A DNA stretch of 63,279 bases, counting the filler, from Stramenopiles sp. TOSAG23-6 (lineage: Eukaryota): assembly GCA_900128565.1 (NCBI GenBank). It is 3 parts of 3 records of this genome, joined end to end, with 100 filler letters (N's around TTAATTAATTAA, not from the genome) between each part and the next. Parts side by side here need not be neighbours in the genome. Positions count along the whole stretch, not along the records: positions 1 to 21,172 come from LT636030.1; positions 21,273 to 42,286 come from LT636031.1; 1 more part is not named here. One strand, written 5' to 3'. Of the stretch, positions 18,960 through 31,027 are shown piece after piece. The notes under the pieces are model-generated. The model was given only the letters and a program-made list of their open reading frames with translations, did not search any database and was not told the DNA's origin. A program made the position numbers and the translations under genes. How positions within the stretch are numbered: the stretch's first letter is position 1; each line of letters starts with the position of its first letter.

Positions 18960-20839
18960 ATGCAAATTGTAGAGGAAAATGTAAAAGTAACGACTATTTG
19001 GATTTCCCTTGGAATATTTATCACTTATTACTTAAGTTTAGTTTGTTTAAATTGCCCTTCTCCGTTATTCAGTGTAATCAAAACTGAGTTAGATGTGAGT
19101 GTTTCTGCGATGGCAACTGTTCATTCTGTTCAGACTTTTGGCGCTGCCATAGGCAAGATTCCGAGTGGCTTTGCTGCTGATCTACTTGGTGGATCCAGGT
19201 GTATTTACGGTTCTTTAATTGCAATGGTATTATGTTTGATCGCCATGTCTTTTTCACAAACATATTTGCAGATAATTTTATCTTTTCCTCTCCTTGAATT
19301 ATTTGGTAGTCCTTTGTGGCCGGCATGTGCCGTAATAATTCGTGGATGGTTTCCAACTAATCAACTTACTGACGCATTTTGGGTTCTTTCGCTAGCAAGC
19401 CGTGCGGGTGATATGAGTGGAAAAGTGTATGTTTTTTCTTGTCTTCAGAGTGAATTTCATTTTTTTTTGTTTTTTTTTGTACCAAAATTTTTGTAGCCAA
19501 CAATTTTTTTTAAAATTATTTTTCACAATACATATTATTTGGAAGTGTTCAGTCAATCTGGTCCTGGCGTTTTTGTTTACGATTTGCTGCGATTTTAACC
19601 AGCGTAAATGCTGTTTTTGTGTTTTTTTGTTTTTCAGATGAGCCGAAAAAGCCGAAATCTCCAAAATTAAAACAAGATAAAATGACTGATGATGATGATA
19701 ATTTTACATGTGATAATTTTACATGTGAAACAGGAAAAAAATTGAAACAAGATACAATGAGTTTTGACAATGATAATTTTACATGTGAAACAGTAAAAAA
19801 AATGCCTATTTGTTTGAAATTGGTTGGAAATTTAAAATCTTCACCGCAGAAACCTGTTCATTCTGTGAATACTATTCAGACTTCAGATGAGGCAGTTGTT
19901 CAAGTTTTTAGTGTTGATACATCAAATGGAATTTTGAGTAATGTAACAAAAGAAACAAAAGAAACAAAAGAAACAAAAGAAACAAAAGAAACAAAAGAAA
20001 CAAAAAAAACAAAAAGTGACGGAAATGTTTTTCACTCTTTTAAAATATTTTTAGATGTTCGATGTATGAATGCAACATGCATGTTTTATTTTNTTTAATT
20101 TCGAATTTTTATTTTTTTTTTCGTACGAAAATTTGTACCTAACGTTTTTTTTTGAAATATTTTTCCAAAATACATTAGCCATGGTAATGTTTACACTAAC
20201 AAAGAGATTGGGACAATTATTGCCATTATTTTTTCATACACAAAGTAGCAAAGTTTTAAATGGTGGCCAAGCTGCAAGTATTAGTATGGTATTTCAAGCA
20301 GGTTTGTTTACCGGTATAGCATTGTTTGGTCGTACGTGTACGTTTTCATCTTGAATTTATTAATTTATATTTTGTACTATATTTTTGTACTTACAAAAAA
20401 AAATCAAATGTAGACATATTTTTTAACAATACATATCGTCATTTAAAAAGACAAACTCAAGTGAAACTAACTCTAGGAATCACAATATACTCTGCTGTTG
20501 CTTTACTAGCCGTTGCATATTTGGCAGCTCCTGGTGTTTCAGATCCTAATCGTATGGATATGTATGTTTTTTTTTTTTTTTCAAATTTTTTTTAATTTTT
20601 TTTTTTAAATTTTTTTTAAATTTTTTTTAAATTTTTTTTTAAATTTTTTTTCATAAATAATTTTGTAATAACGAAAAAACTCAAACGTTTTGAAATATTT
20701 TTCAAAAACACATTGTTATTCTAAAGGCTGTTTTACTAGGCACAGTTGCTGTTGGCATTTCATGTTCGTATTATATTGTACCTGCCGTTTTTGCTTGCGA
20801 ATTCGGTCGCGAGTTTACGGGAACAATATGCAGCCTCAT
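18960..20839 (+). CDS. MFS transporter, 3'-incomplete; introns 19427-19533, 20079-20175, 20338-20434, 20562-20713
   Basis: GKIPSGFAADLLG motif A, WPACAVIIRGWFP, multiple TM segments; exons join in frame. Confidence 0.75.
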
Positions 20840-20935
20840 GTACGTTTTTTTTTTTTTTTTCAATTTCGAATTTATTTTTCATACGAAATTTTGTACCTAA
20901 CAAATTTAACAATTTTTTTTTTTTTCACAATATAT

Positions 20936-21059
20936 GTTTGTTGAAGAAAGTATCAAAGATCAATTTATCGAAAAACTTTTGGATAGAACACAACGATTAA
21001 AACTGGGTAGTAATCTAGACCCGGAAACGGATATATCAGCTCTTATTAGCAAAGAACAT
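20936..21059 (+). CDS. internal exon of an aldehyde dehydrogenase, flanked by family introns
   Basis: FVEESIKDQFIEKLLDRTQRLKLGSNLDPETDISALISKEH matches the ALDH segment VHESIYDEFV...KVGDPLDPxTDMGPLI. Confidence 0.65.
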
Positions 21060-21133
21060 GTATGTCTTATTGCATTTTCCAAATGTATGCTTTTTACAGT
21101 AAAATTTTGTACCTACTAATTTGTTTTTGCTAA

Positions 21134-21169
<36 letters not shown>

Positions 21170-21172
21170 TTT

Positions 21173-21272
21173 NNNNNNNNNNNNNNNNNNNNNNNNNNNN
21201 NNNNNNNNNNNNNNNNTTAATTAATTAANNNNNNNNNNNNNNNNNNNNNNNNNNNNNNNNNNNNNNNNNNNN
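21173..21272. other. artificial contig linker
   Basis: Ns flanking TTAATTAATTAA (stops in all six frames). Confidence 0.95.
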
Positions 21273-24200
21273 AAAGGTAATGTTGGAGTAGTTGAACAAC
21301 TTCTCAAAGCGGAGAATATTAACGTCAATCCGGCTACTGACCACGGATTTACCCCATTGTATATTGCTTCAGACAAAGGTCATGTTGGAGTAGTTAAAAA
21401 AACTTCTTAGTGCAAAGGGAATTGAGGTTAATCAGACTGATAAAAATGGAGCTACACCGTTGTATGTTGCTTCAGCATGTGGTCATGCGGGAGTAGTTCA
21501 ACTACTTATCAAAGCAGGTGCTGATGTAAATCAGGCTGATGAACACGGAGATACCCCATTGCTTATTGCTTCACAGAATGGTCATGCTGGAGTAGTCAAA
21601 CTACTAATTGATGCTGGTGCTGATGTCAATCAGGCTGCAGCAGGCGAATATACCCCATTATATGTTGCTTCACATAAGGGTTGTGCAGGAGTGGTTGGGC
21701 TACTTATTGGTGCTGGTGCGGATGTCAATCAGCCTAACAAAAAAGGTGTCACCCCATTGTATATTGCTTCACAGGAAAATAAGGTAGAAGTAATTAAAAA
21801 GCTGATCGAGGCAAACGCATGTGTCAATTTTGCTGATAACTTCGGATCTACCCCATTGCTTATTGCTTCACAGAAGGGTCATGTTGGGGTAGTTAAATCA
21901 CTTCTCAAATCAGATGATATTGATATCAATCAGGCTAATGAAGACGGATATACCCCATTAATGATTGCTTCAGCAAAGGGCAATGGAAAAATTGAAAAGC
22001 TATTGAAACTAAGGGGACTACAGCCCCTCTTTGATGCATTTGACAAAGTTGGCATACCATCTGCGAGAATCTTGAGTAATAAAAACCCGAAGTTGGTGCA
22101 AGCATTTTCAGAGTTGAACACTCTAAACGACATTATTGAAGGTACTTTCACAGCCCTTGAAAATCTTTGCGGTTCTATGGATTCAATGAATGTAGTAGCC
22201 ATTAAAAACGAAAATAAAAAGATATGGACATCATTTATGGAAGCCTATGAAACAAAACCAAAGTATAAAGATTTCACAAAGCTCAGCAAAAGATTACATA
22301 ATAAATTTTGGAAAATCATAAAAATCAATTCGTGGATCAATAAATATGAGAGTCCGGGGACACAAGAAAGCAAATCCGGTGAAACTTTGCAGTCTCAAAA
22401 ATCAAAACGTGCCCATCCGAAGCAATCACTTCCCATATCTCAGAAGAAGGAGGCAAGTAAAAAAGACAAAAACAGTGGTGAGAAAACGCAACAACTAAAA
22501 CCAAATACGAAGCAATCATTTCCCAAATCTCAGAAGAAGGAGGCAAGTAAAAAAGACAAAAACAGTGTTGAGAAAACGCAACAACTAAAACCAAATGCAA
22601 CTGAACAACAGTCGCTAGAATTAATGTGGCAATCAGTCAATGATCAACTACCAAACGAACGATTTAGCTGGGAGCAACAGAAAGCAACAGTTGAAGCAAA
22701 GGAAGTAAAAGACAGTCTGTCTATAACTTTAAGTAATGGTATTGCTAATGATATTCCAATGCAAGCCATGGGGGGTACTGCGTCTGCCGCAAGAGCCGAT
22801 GATGAACATATTGATTCTGCAGCCAATGCTGAACATATTGATCATAAAGTACAGGAGTTGTATGAAACAACACTTGGGTCACCCGTTGCAAAGATTGTCA
22901 AAGGAAATGGAGGAGGAGGAGGTGGTAGTACCAGTTTAAGCAGGCGACAAAGAAAGAAGAAAAATAAAAGAGAAATGCAACGTTATAAAACAATCTTGAA
23001 AAATACTCGTGTTGAGTATAGAAATCCTGTGGCGAAATGGATAGAAACTGCAGGAAAAACAGAATTGAAACAATTTGCAAACATTGTGCAAAATATTTAT
23101 TACCCAAATCGCAATCATAAGAAAATATTACAAGGCTATAAGGGTGAGTATGGTAACTTTGTGATAGAAGCTCGTCTGGATAAAGCTGCACGTGTTTTAT
23201 TTGAGCTACGAGGAAAGGATGATGATGGACATGTAAATCCGGCAGTCATTCATCGAGTTGTATTAGATCATGACGATGTACCACACTATGCTAGTCAAAT
23301 TGCGCATAATCTTAGTTCTCCAGATATGATATCAATGGATGCAGAATCAAAGGGAGCAGAAGAGGCAAAAGAATCTAAAGAAGTTGCATCAGATATGAAA
23401 TTTCGGAAAAATGCAGGCGCTGTGAAACGATTTTTCTTTGAACCTAATGAAGACTTTGAATGGTTACATCAGGATAAGAGAGCAATGGATCGCTATCAAC
23501 AGTTAGAAGATACACAAAATAAGCTGGTGCAGATGAATGGATATCTAGCGATTCAAGGCCGAAGTGGTACAGGTAAGTCTATTGTGTTATTACATCGAAT
23601 GCTACGCTGGCATTATTATCAACAAGGAGAAGTTGAAGCTAACGAAACGAAACGCGTGTATACTCAAGTATATATTGCAAAATCGAAACTTCTTACAGAT
23701 GCAATAAAGAATAAAGTATCACCTGATGAGTGTGATGCAAAATATGCGAAAATGAAGTTTTTACCACTTGTTGTTTCTAAGGCAAATCCTGAATTTACTA
23801 CACTACTAGTATATTTAGAGAATGAGACAAAGCCTTTAGACCATGAGCCTGAGCGTGTGTTTTCAGAGGATATGCGTGTTGATTTCATATTGTTCAAGAA
23901 ATGGTATGATGGGGAGCACGGATTTAAACCAATCCAAAGGCGAAGTAAGCTTACATTCTCTGCACTAACAGTGTGGACACAAATACAATCCATTATCAAA
24001 GGTTCTTTACAAGCATTTAAGAGTGGTAAGCCATTGACTAGAGAAGAATATTTGGCATATAATGGACGCAAAGTACCGTTTAAAAAAGAGGAGCGAGAGG
24101 TGATCTATGCTGTATATGAACGTAGTCAAAAATCATATGGCCTCAACAAATATGATAATGGTGATCGTGTTTTACAATTAGCTCGGAGGCTTAATAGAAA

Positions 24201-25365
24201 AGATACTGGATGGAAAAGTGGAATACATCCTTTTGATCGTGTTTATGTAGATGAAGTGCAAGATTTAACTCCAGCTGAACTTGCATTAATTTTTATGGCT
24301 GTTGGTGAGAATCCAAAAGCAGTTACTGTAGCAGGTGATGTAGCCCAACAAGTCACTGCCGGTGTAGAGTTTAAATTTAGTGATGTTCTGACAGTAATGA
24401 ATATGCATAAAATAAACCCTGCATTTCGTAAACAAAAGGAAACTTTTAGAGCAGACGCAAAAATATTGACTGAAAACTTCCGTACACATCAAGGTGTGCT
24501 CAAACTAGCAAACTATTTTATTAATCTTCTCAGAAAGGACTTTTATTTAGAAAATGCACTTGAAGAACATAGTAAAAATATGGGGCCTCCTCCAGCGACA
24601 TGGGTAACTACTATTGAGCAACTTTTGGTAGAGTTGGGTGAGAAATCTAGTGCATTGTTGCTTTTCATAGATGATACTTCAAAACAAGCATTCCGTCAGT
24701 CGAAAGCATTTCAAAAACTAATGGAAAAAAAACAGCAAACAATACTTATGTTTACAGTTGTCGAAGCAAAAGGTCTTGAATGGGAACATGTTGTTCTTGT
24801 TAATTTCTTTTCAACGCCGAATATGAGATGGAATACAAAGCATATTTCAAAGGACCCCGATACTAAACATTTGTTAAAATTGATTTACACGGGAATAACA
24901 CGATGTCAGAGTCGTCTTTTTATCGTCGAAACTAATCCATTCAAAGGTTCTCACCCAGCACTCGGTAAAATAAAAGACTCAACTCAAGTGTATCATCAAA
25001 CGTGTGAAGCACCAAAACTAGCATTAAACCAATTGCAATTGAACCAATTTGGTATGATTAAACAAGGTTTTATGTTGGTATCAATGGCACTTAATGGCGA
25101 AGGCGATCAATACCAGTTTTTGTCACAAGCTGCAAATGCATTTGCATTAGCAAATAGGGAGGACTTAGCTGAAAGAGCTATTGCAACTAACTATTGTATG
25201 AATAGCTCTCTTGCATTTCGAAATGAGGAAAAACTTGTATTATTTGTAAGTAATTGTATTAAATGTGGAATGTATAGTAAAGCAAAGCAAGAGGTGGTCA
25301 AGTGGTATAGTAAAAATCCTCTTCATATTGATTATTTGAAAGCAATAGAAGAAAAAATTCAATAA
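21273..25365 (+). CDS. ankyrin-repeat plus UvrD-like SF1 helicase protein (TRANK1-like), 5'-truncated
   Basis: Repeated TPLxIAS ankyrin units; GRSGTGKS, YVDEVQD, AGDVAQ, LTENFRTH, EAKGLEW, YTGITR; EARLDKAARVLFE segment. A7 run at 21396-21402 shifts the frame. Confidence 0.8.
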
Positions 25366-25643
25366 ACTATTTTTGTATGAAAAAATTTATTGAGAGATAT
25401 TGTAAATATAAAAAACTTGATATACAAATAACTAACTATAACATTGGTGGTGGAATTTGAAATTATTATATTTATTTTAAGATGGAAAAAAACTAAAAAC
25501 ATGAAAACTCAATAACTAACTATGACTTTGGTGGTGGAATGGTAAAAACTTCCTTTGACTCTTCAACATTGAAAAAAATAATTATTTCATCTATTTGTTT
25601 TTGTTTGACGTTGTTTTACACTAAAAAATATGAAAGTAATATC

Positions 25644-26771
25644 TCATTTTGTTGTTCTTTTCAAACACTCGTTCTTGTGTGTAATCTTCCAATGTATTTT
25701 CTGACACTTTTTTGAACAATATGTCGCACAGTTACACCGACTACAAAGAAGCATTTTATAATGTGTACCCTCTTTACCACAAGTAAAACATGTTGATTTG
25801 CTGTATTTAATTATTAATCTCTTTACCTCATCATCTTCTACATCTTTTATCTGCTTTTTGGCCTTTGCATTCCACTTTGATGCAGTTTTCAAACATTTAG
25901 TGACACCACGACCATGATAATAGCAGCAACCAAGCATACATTGTGCAGTACTATCACCAGCATTCGCAGATTTAGTATACCACTTAAAAGCTTCTTTTTT
26001 GTCTACAGCAACACCATCACCATCTAAATAGCAATAACCAAGATGATTTTGTGCATAACTATTACCAGCATTTGCAGATTTAGTATACCACTTGAAAGCT
26101 TCTTCTTTATCTATAGCAACACCAACACCATTATCATAGCAGACACCAAGATTCTTTTGTGCACTACTATTACCAGCATTCGCAGATTTAGTATACCACT
26201 TGAAAGCTTCTTCTTTATCTATAGCAACACCAACACCATTACCATAGCAACAACCAAGAGTATATTGTGCGTAACTATCACCAGCATTAGCAGATTTAGT
26301 AAACCACTTGAAAGCTTCTTTTTTGTCTACAGCAACACCATCACCATTAAAATAGCAATAACCAAGACTGCATTGTGCTACACTATCACCTGCATTCGCA
26401 GATTTAGTATACCATTTGAAAGCTTCTTCTTTGTCTTCAGCAACACCATCACCATTATCATAGCAATTACCAAGTTGATTTTGTGCAGTAATATTACCAG
26501 CATTTGCAGATTTAGTATACCACTTGAAAGCTTCTTCTTTGTCTTCAGCAACACCATCACCATTTTCATAGCAATAACCAAGATGATTTTGTCCATTGCT
26601 ATTGCCAGCATTCGCAGATTTAGTAAACCACTTGAAAGCTTCTTTTTTATCTTCAGCAACACCATCACCATAAAAATAGCAACAACCAAGACTGTTTTGT
26701 GCGGCACTATTACCTGTATTAGCAGATTTAGTATACCGCTTGAAAGCTTCTTGTTTGTCTTTTGCGCCCAT
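25644..26771 (-). CDS. Sel1-like repeat protein with C-terminal MYND zinc finger
   Basis: About 8 near-identical 36-aa SLR repeats (AQxxLGxCYxxGxGV...EAFKWYTKSA); CFTC...CSRC...YCSKKCQKIHW...H...C. Confidence 0.9.
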   Translation of the reverse strand: MGAKDKQEAFKRYTKSANTGNSAAQNSLGCCYFYGDGVAEDKKEAFKWFTKSANAGNSNGQNHLGYCYENGDGVAEDKEEAFKWYTKSANAGNITAQNQLGNCYDNGDGVAEDKEEAFKWYTKSANAGDSVAQCSLGYCYFNGDGVAVDKKEAFKWFTKSANAGDSYAQYTLGCCYGNGVGVAIDKEEAFKWYTKSANAGNSSAQKNLGVCYDNGVGVAIDKEEAFKWYTKSANAGNSYAQNHLGYCYLDGDGVAVDKKEAFKWYTKSANAGDSTAQCMLGCCYYHGRGVTKCLKTASKWNAKAKKQIKDVEDDEVKRLIIKYSKSTCFTCGKEGTHYKMLLCSRCNCATYCSKKCQKIHWKITHKNECLKRTTK

Positions 26772-26977
26772 CTTGAAGATACTCTGATACTCTCTCTCTC
26801 TCTCTCTCTCTCGCTTGGATGCTAAACACTGAACAACGTAACGAATGTTTAGTTGTAGTTAGTGCTTTTGTCTTTCGCGCCCATCTTGAAGATACTCTGA
26901 TACTCTCTCTCTGATACTCTCTCTCTCTCTCTCTCTCTCCCTTGGATGCTAAACACTGAACAACGTAACGAATGTTT
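26756..26977. repeat. direct duplication of about 100 nt including the Sel1 gene start codon and a (CT)n tract
   Basis: GCGCCCATCTTGAAGATACTCTGATAC(TC)n...CTTGGATGCTAAACACTGAACAACGTAACGAATGTTT occurs twice. Confidence 0.85.
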
Positions 26978-27275
26978 CGTTGTACGTAGTTAGTGTTTAC
27001 TTATGATTATTAAGTTAACACAAAGCCAATCGATCCAATGTCATATCGGTTGGCCGAATTCTGTCACATCAGGATGTGCGGTCAGAAAAAAAAAATTAAA
27101 ACCTCCGTCGATTGCTGTCCGGTAATTCCGGTCGAAATTCAACGTATCATCAGTTACAAAGTTCTTGTCCCCTAATATGATACTCCAACACAAAGGATAT
27201 ATCATTGACATAATTATTCACTTTCATCCAACCGAACTTCAGACACGTACAATAGCAAAATCCAAATAGAAGAAG

Positions 27276-28964
27276 ATGCTTCAATTCTCGGAGTATTTAC
27301 GCGATCCTAATCATAGGAAAAGTAAAGGACGAGGAAGTCTTCGCTCTTCTAAGCCTACTGGAGTCGGAAATGTTTTGGGCGGACAAGCATCATTGTCTTC
27401 ACTCAGTAAACCTCCATCAAGAAGTGGAGCTTTACTCGCGAAACGTTATGAGGAACTTAAAAGAGAAAACATGGCACAGCTAACTTTGAATCAAGTTGAT
27501 AAAAATAGAGCTTTTACTTCTGAGCTCACTCCATTTGTAGAGAAAGCTATTGATAATCCACAAAGTCTTCCAGACCATGAAGAAGTGAAACCAAACCCAC
27601 TGTCACCAAAAGTCCGACAAGCTGCGAGTGCCTCACGTTTCCGAAATGTATCAAGTACACTCAATAATAAACAAGATATGCCTCTAGATCATCAATATGA
27701 AACAGAAACCGAAAAGGTTTTTAGATATTCAAACGAAAAAAGAGATCAAGTAAGTCCTCGGAACTTGCAATACAAGCCTACAAGAGGTCGTAGGGCCGTT
27801 CGTATATCAGACACAGAAGAAAAACGTCTAAATTCTAAAGCCAAAAGTATGGCAATGTCTGGAAATGAACCTCTTGAATCTTTGCATATTCCAAATCGGC
27901 TGAGCATGCGAGGAGGAACTCTGTACAGAGGAGGTAAGAAATTAAACATCATTGGTCAAAACAAAAAAAATAATTTACCGCCGTTTGCTGTGGATTATTA
28001 TGAAAATGCCGATGATATCGACGACGAAACGATACAATTTTCTGCAGTGGAGAAGCAACATCAGGTAAATGGAAAATATAAAAACGTTGTTGATAGCATA
28101 ATTCCTGGTATAACTATGCAAAAACCATTTGGTACAGATATTGACATTCAAAAAAATCTTTCAAGTGTTCCAATATGGCAAAGTAAGGTACGAAAATATC
28201 GACAAATATATAAACCTTCTGATAACATTAAAATTGGTGCTGGTGTTTCAATAAGAAATGATGCTATAGATGCTACCACAGAAGCATCAAATAGAGGTTT
28301 AGGTCGTGGTGGCGTGATTGCTTCTAAATTATCCCGCGATCACGTCGGTCGTATATTGAATGAAAATTTATTAAATGATGCAATCAACGACAGTACTCAA
28401 AATAGAACTGATGAAATTGAAATATCTTTAGTTCCACCTTTACCTAGACTAAAGCAACGCCCACAACTAAACCCATTGGATAGAAAAACTGCACTAGAAC
28501 AACAAATTGAAGAAAAACGAATTAGGAAAGAAAAGATGAAACGCTTGGAGAAAGCTAAGGATATTGAAGATGAGACAAGAGCCGAAGAACAACGCAAAGC
28601 AGAAACATTACAATATATGGAAGAACTCAAGGCTAATGGACAATTTGGAAGACTACGAAAAGTTAGAAGTGAAATAGTAGGACAAATGAAAAAAGATCTT
28701 TCACTTTCAAAGAAACGCTCAACAGCTTTACGACAAATGAACAATCAAGGAACTCAAGGATGGGAATTCTTCCAAAAAGAATCAAAACCTTTTCGAACAG
28801 GAAAACGATTGGCTCATGCAGGTAGAGCATATACTCGAAGTCAAGTTAATTTACATAATACCAATACTACTACAGGTGGCTCCAGTGATTATTTTCTACG
28901 ACGTGAGATGGGAAATTTCCACGTAAATAATAGGCAAGGACAACTATATCGCCGAAAAAGATGA
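27276..28964 (+). CDS. hypothetical coiled-coil protein, possibly with a CCDC66/CSPP1-type motif
   Basis: 562-aa intronless ORF; ALEQQIEEKRIRKEKMK. Confidence 0.6.
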   Translation: MLQFSEYLRDPNHRKSKGRGSLRSSKPTGVGNVLGGQASLSSLSKPPSRSGALLAKRYEELKRENMAQLTLNQVDKNRAFTSELTPFVEKAIDNPQSLPDHEEVKPNPLSPKVRQAASASRFRNVSSTLNNKQDMPLDHQYETETEKVFRYSNEKRDQVSPRNLQYKPTRGRRAVRISDTEEKRLNSKAKSMAMSGNEPLESLHIPNRLSMRGGTLYRGGKKLNIIGQNKKNNLPPFAVDYYENADDIDDETIQFSAVEKQHQVNGKYKNVVDSIIPGITMQKPFGTDIDIQKNLSSVPIWQSKVRKYRQIYKPSDNIKIGAGVSIRNDAIDATTEASNRGLGRGGVIASKLSRDHVGRILNENLLNDAINDSTQNRTDEIEISLVPPLPRLKQRPQLNPLDRKTALEQQIEEKRIRKEKMKRLEKAKDIEDETRAEEQRKAETLQYMEELKANGQFGRLRKVRSEIVGQMKKDLSLSKKRSTALRQMNNQGTQGWEFFQKESKPFRTGKRLAHAGRAYTRSQVNLHNTNTTTGGSSDYFLRREMGNFHVNNRQGQLYRRKR

Positions 28965-29060
28965 TGAGGTATTTATGATAATGAAAAGTAATTAATAAAA
29001 ATAAAACAACAATGTATTTGGTTACAGTTTACAGAAAATTTATAATATATTTAAATATCA

Positions 29061-30705
29061 TTAGATATCTACAATTTTACACAAATCATCAATATTATAA
29101 CGAGGCATAGTTTTACTATCTTTCTTTTGATGAATATTCCAAATACATTGAGTGATTAATTTTGTCATTGCCATGTCTACAGAGTCATACATTTTTTTAC
29201 ATTTACTATAATCTATGTTTATACTTTCTTCTTTGTCAAACTCTGTGAGTTTATTGTTTTCAACAGTATCATTAAACTGTTTTATCGCGGTATAAAAATC
29301 TTTTTTAGATCCAAAATGGCCGAAACCAAAACCATAACGATTTATTCCAACCATTCTTAGTGTTTGTTTCAACGAATTTTTATCATTATTTCGTTGATTC
29401 TTCTGAGCTTTACATGAATGTCTCATGAAAATCCGACCCCATTTACATGTGCTAGGTGGAATATCTACTATACTTTCCTTACATTTTTGGAATGATTTTT
29501 TATCATGTTTCAGAGTGAAATTGCCTGCATTTTTGTCATTGTACAAAATCGAGGACTTTCTTGTAGTTGACATATTTGTATTGATCATAGTTTTTATATT
29601 TGAAGTTTTCGTTTGATTACATACAAATGCATCTATAGAATTCAAAGTTTTCTTTTCTTTTACTCTACATATTTTGTGAAAAAATATTTTTTTTTATACA
29701 ATTTGTTAGGTACGAAATTTCGTACGAAAAAATAATTGAAAAAAAAAATCTATCTGTAAAGTACTAACAAATTCAGAGGAGAGACAAGTTGTCCCTTTGA
29801 GCTTTTGAACTGTTGTCCTAAACCAATGAATAATACTGTATATATGTATTGTGAAAACAAATTTCAAAAAAAAATGTTTTTTTGTTAGGTACAAAATTTG
29901 GTACAAAAAAAATAAAATAGAAATTTGTAAAATGTACAATAAAAATCGATAAAAAGAAGTTCCCTACAGTTGTATGACGTAGCCAATGTCTTGTTTCAAG
30001 TATGCTCCATGATGTATTATTATGCAAATTGTTACTCCTAGATACATCTTGGTTAACAACGAAATCTCCAACAATTATGCCGTGGTTACAGCCTACTTGA
30101 AACTCTACACCTTCTACTGGCTGTATATGGCTACATATGACTCTATCAGAGTGAGTTGAAGCAATATTATCTCTAATTTTTAACCGATACCAAGTATTTG
30201 GTTTGAGGGTTATAGTATTCAAGTTACTTAACTTTGTCAAATCAAAGAGTATACTTTGGGGATTTACATGATCATCATTAGAGATAGTAGTACTATCTAC
30301 ACCATTTTTACACACATTCTTTGGAAAAGTATTCTTTAAAGGGAAACTTGATAAAGACGATAAAGACGGACTAGTCGTACAACTATTAATTTGATAGTAA
30401 CTATATAAGTTAGGTATGACATGAATATTTTCAAGAATGAGACCACAAGAAACAACCTGATCATCTAATAGTCCACTGATTCTAAATAAAGATGTTGTTC
30501 TTCGAGGAAATGGTTCACCATATTTACACGAAGTCATAATATCTACAAAGTAATAATAAGAAGACAGTTTTGTTGTTGGACTTTTTTTTGTGCTAGCATT
30601 ACAATTACAAAGCTTATTTTTGTTATCGGGATGACAGGTTGTATTTTTCAAATTAATGGGAAGACGATCTTCATCATCCAGCGACTCGGAAAGTTGCAAA
30701 GACAT
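29061..30705 (-). CDS. hypothetical protein with one hydrophobic segment; introns 29937-29844 and 29764-29669
   Basis: Three ORF pieces join in frame across two family introns. Confidence 0.55.
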
Positions 30706-31027
30706 CGGAAAATGATAATATCGAACTTTGTTTTACCATCTCATGATGATGCAACACACGAGAGAAAGAATCTCTGTGTATGACAGTCCGGTTTTTTGAT
30801 TGATGAAAAATAATATCCGAACTTCAAGTTCGGACAGGTTTGTCAGAATTCGATTTTTCAATTATTATGTATGCGCATTTTCCCCCATGCTTTTGATTTC
30901 ATCTGATGAAATCAAACTCAAAATCTGAATATCAAAGAAAAGTATATCATCATGAGAGTTAGAGTTTTTTTATTATCAACAGTAATTAATAATGAATTAC
31001 TTGAATAAGTCAACTGCTTAAATTCTC

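Noticed and set aside
21217-21228. TTAATTAATTAA within N runs (also at 42331-42342)
   Set aside because: Assembly linker, not biology; gene adjacency across it is meaningless.
21396-21402. Programmed frameshift or pseudogene in the ankyrin gene
   Set aside because: One extra A in a homopolymer near a contig end is more likely a sequencing error.
26043-26825. 260-aa + strand ORF
   Set aside because: Antisense shadow of the Sel1 repeats.
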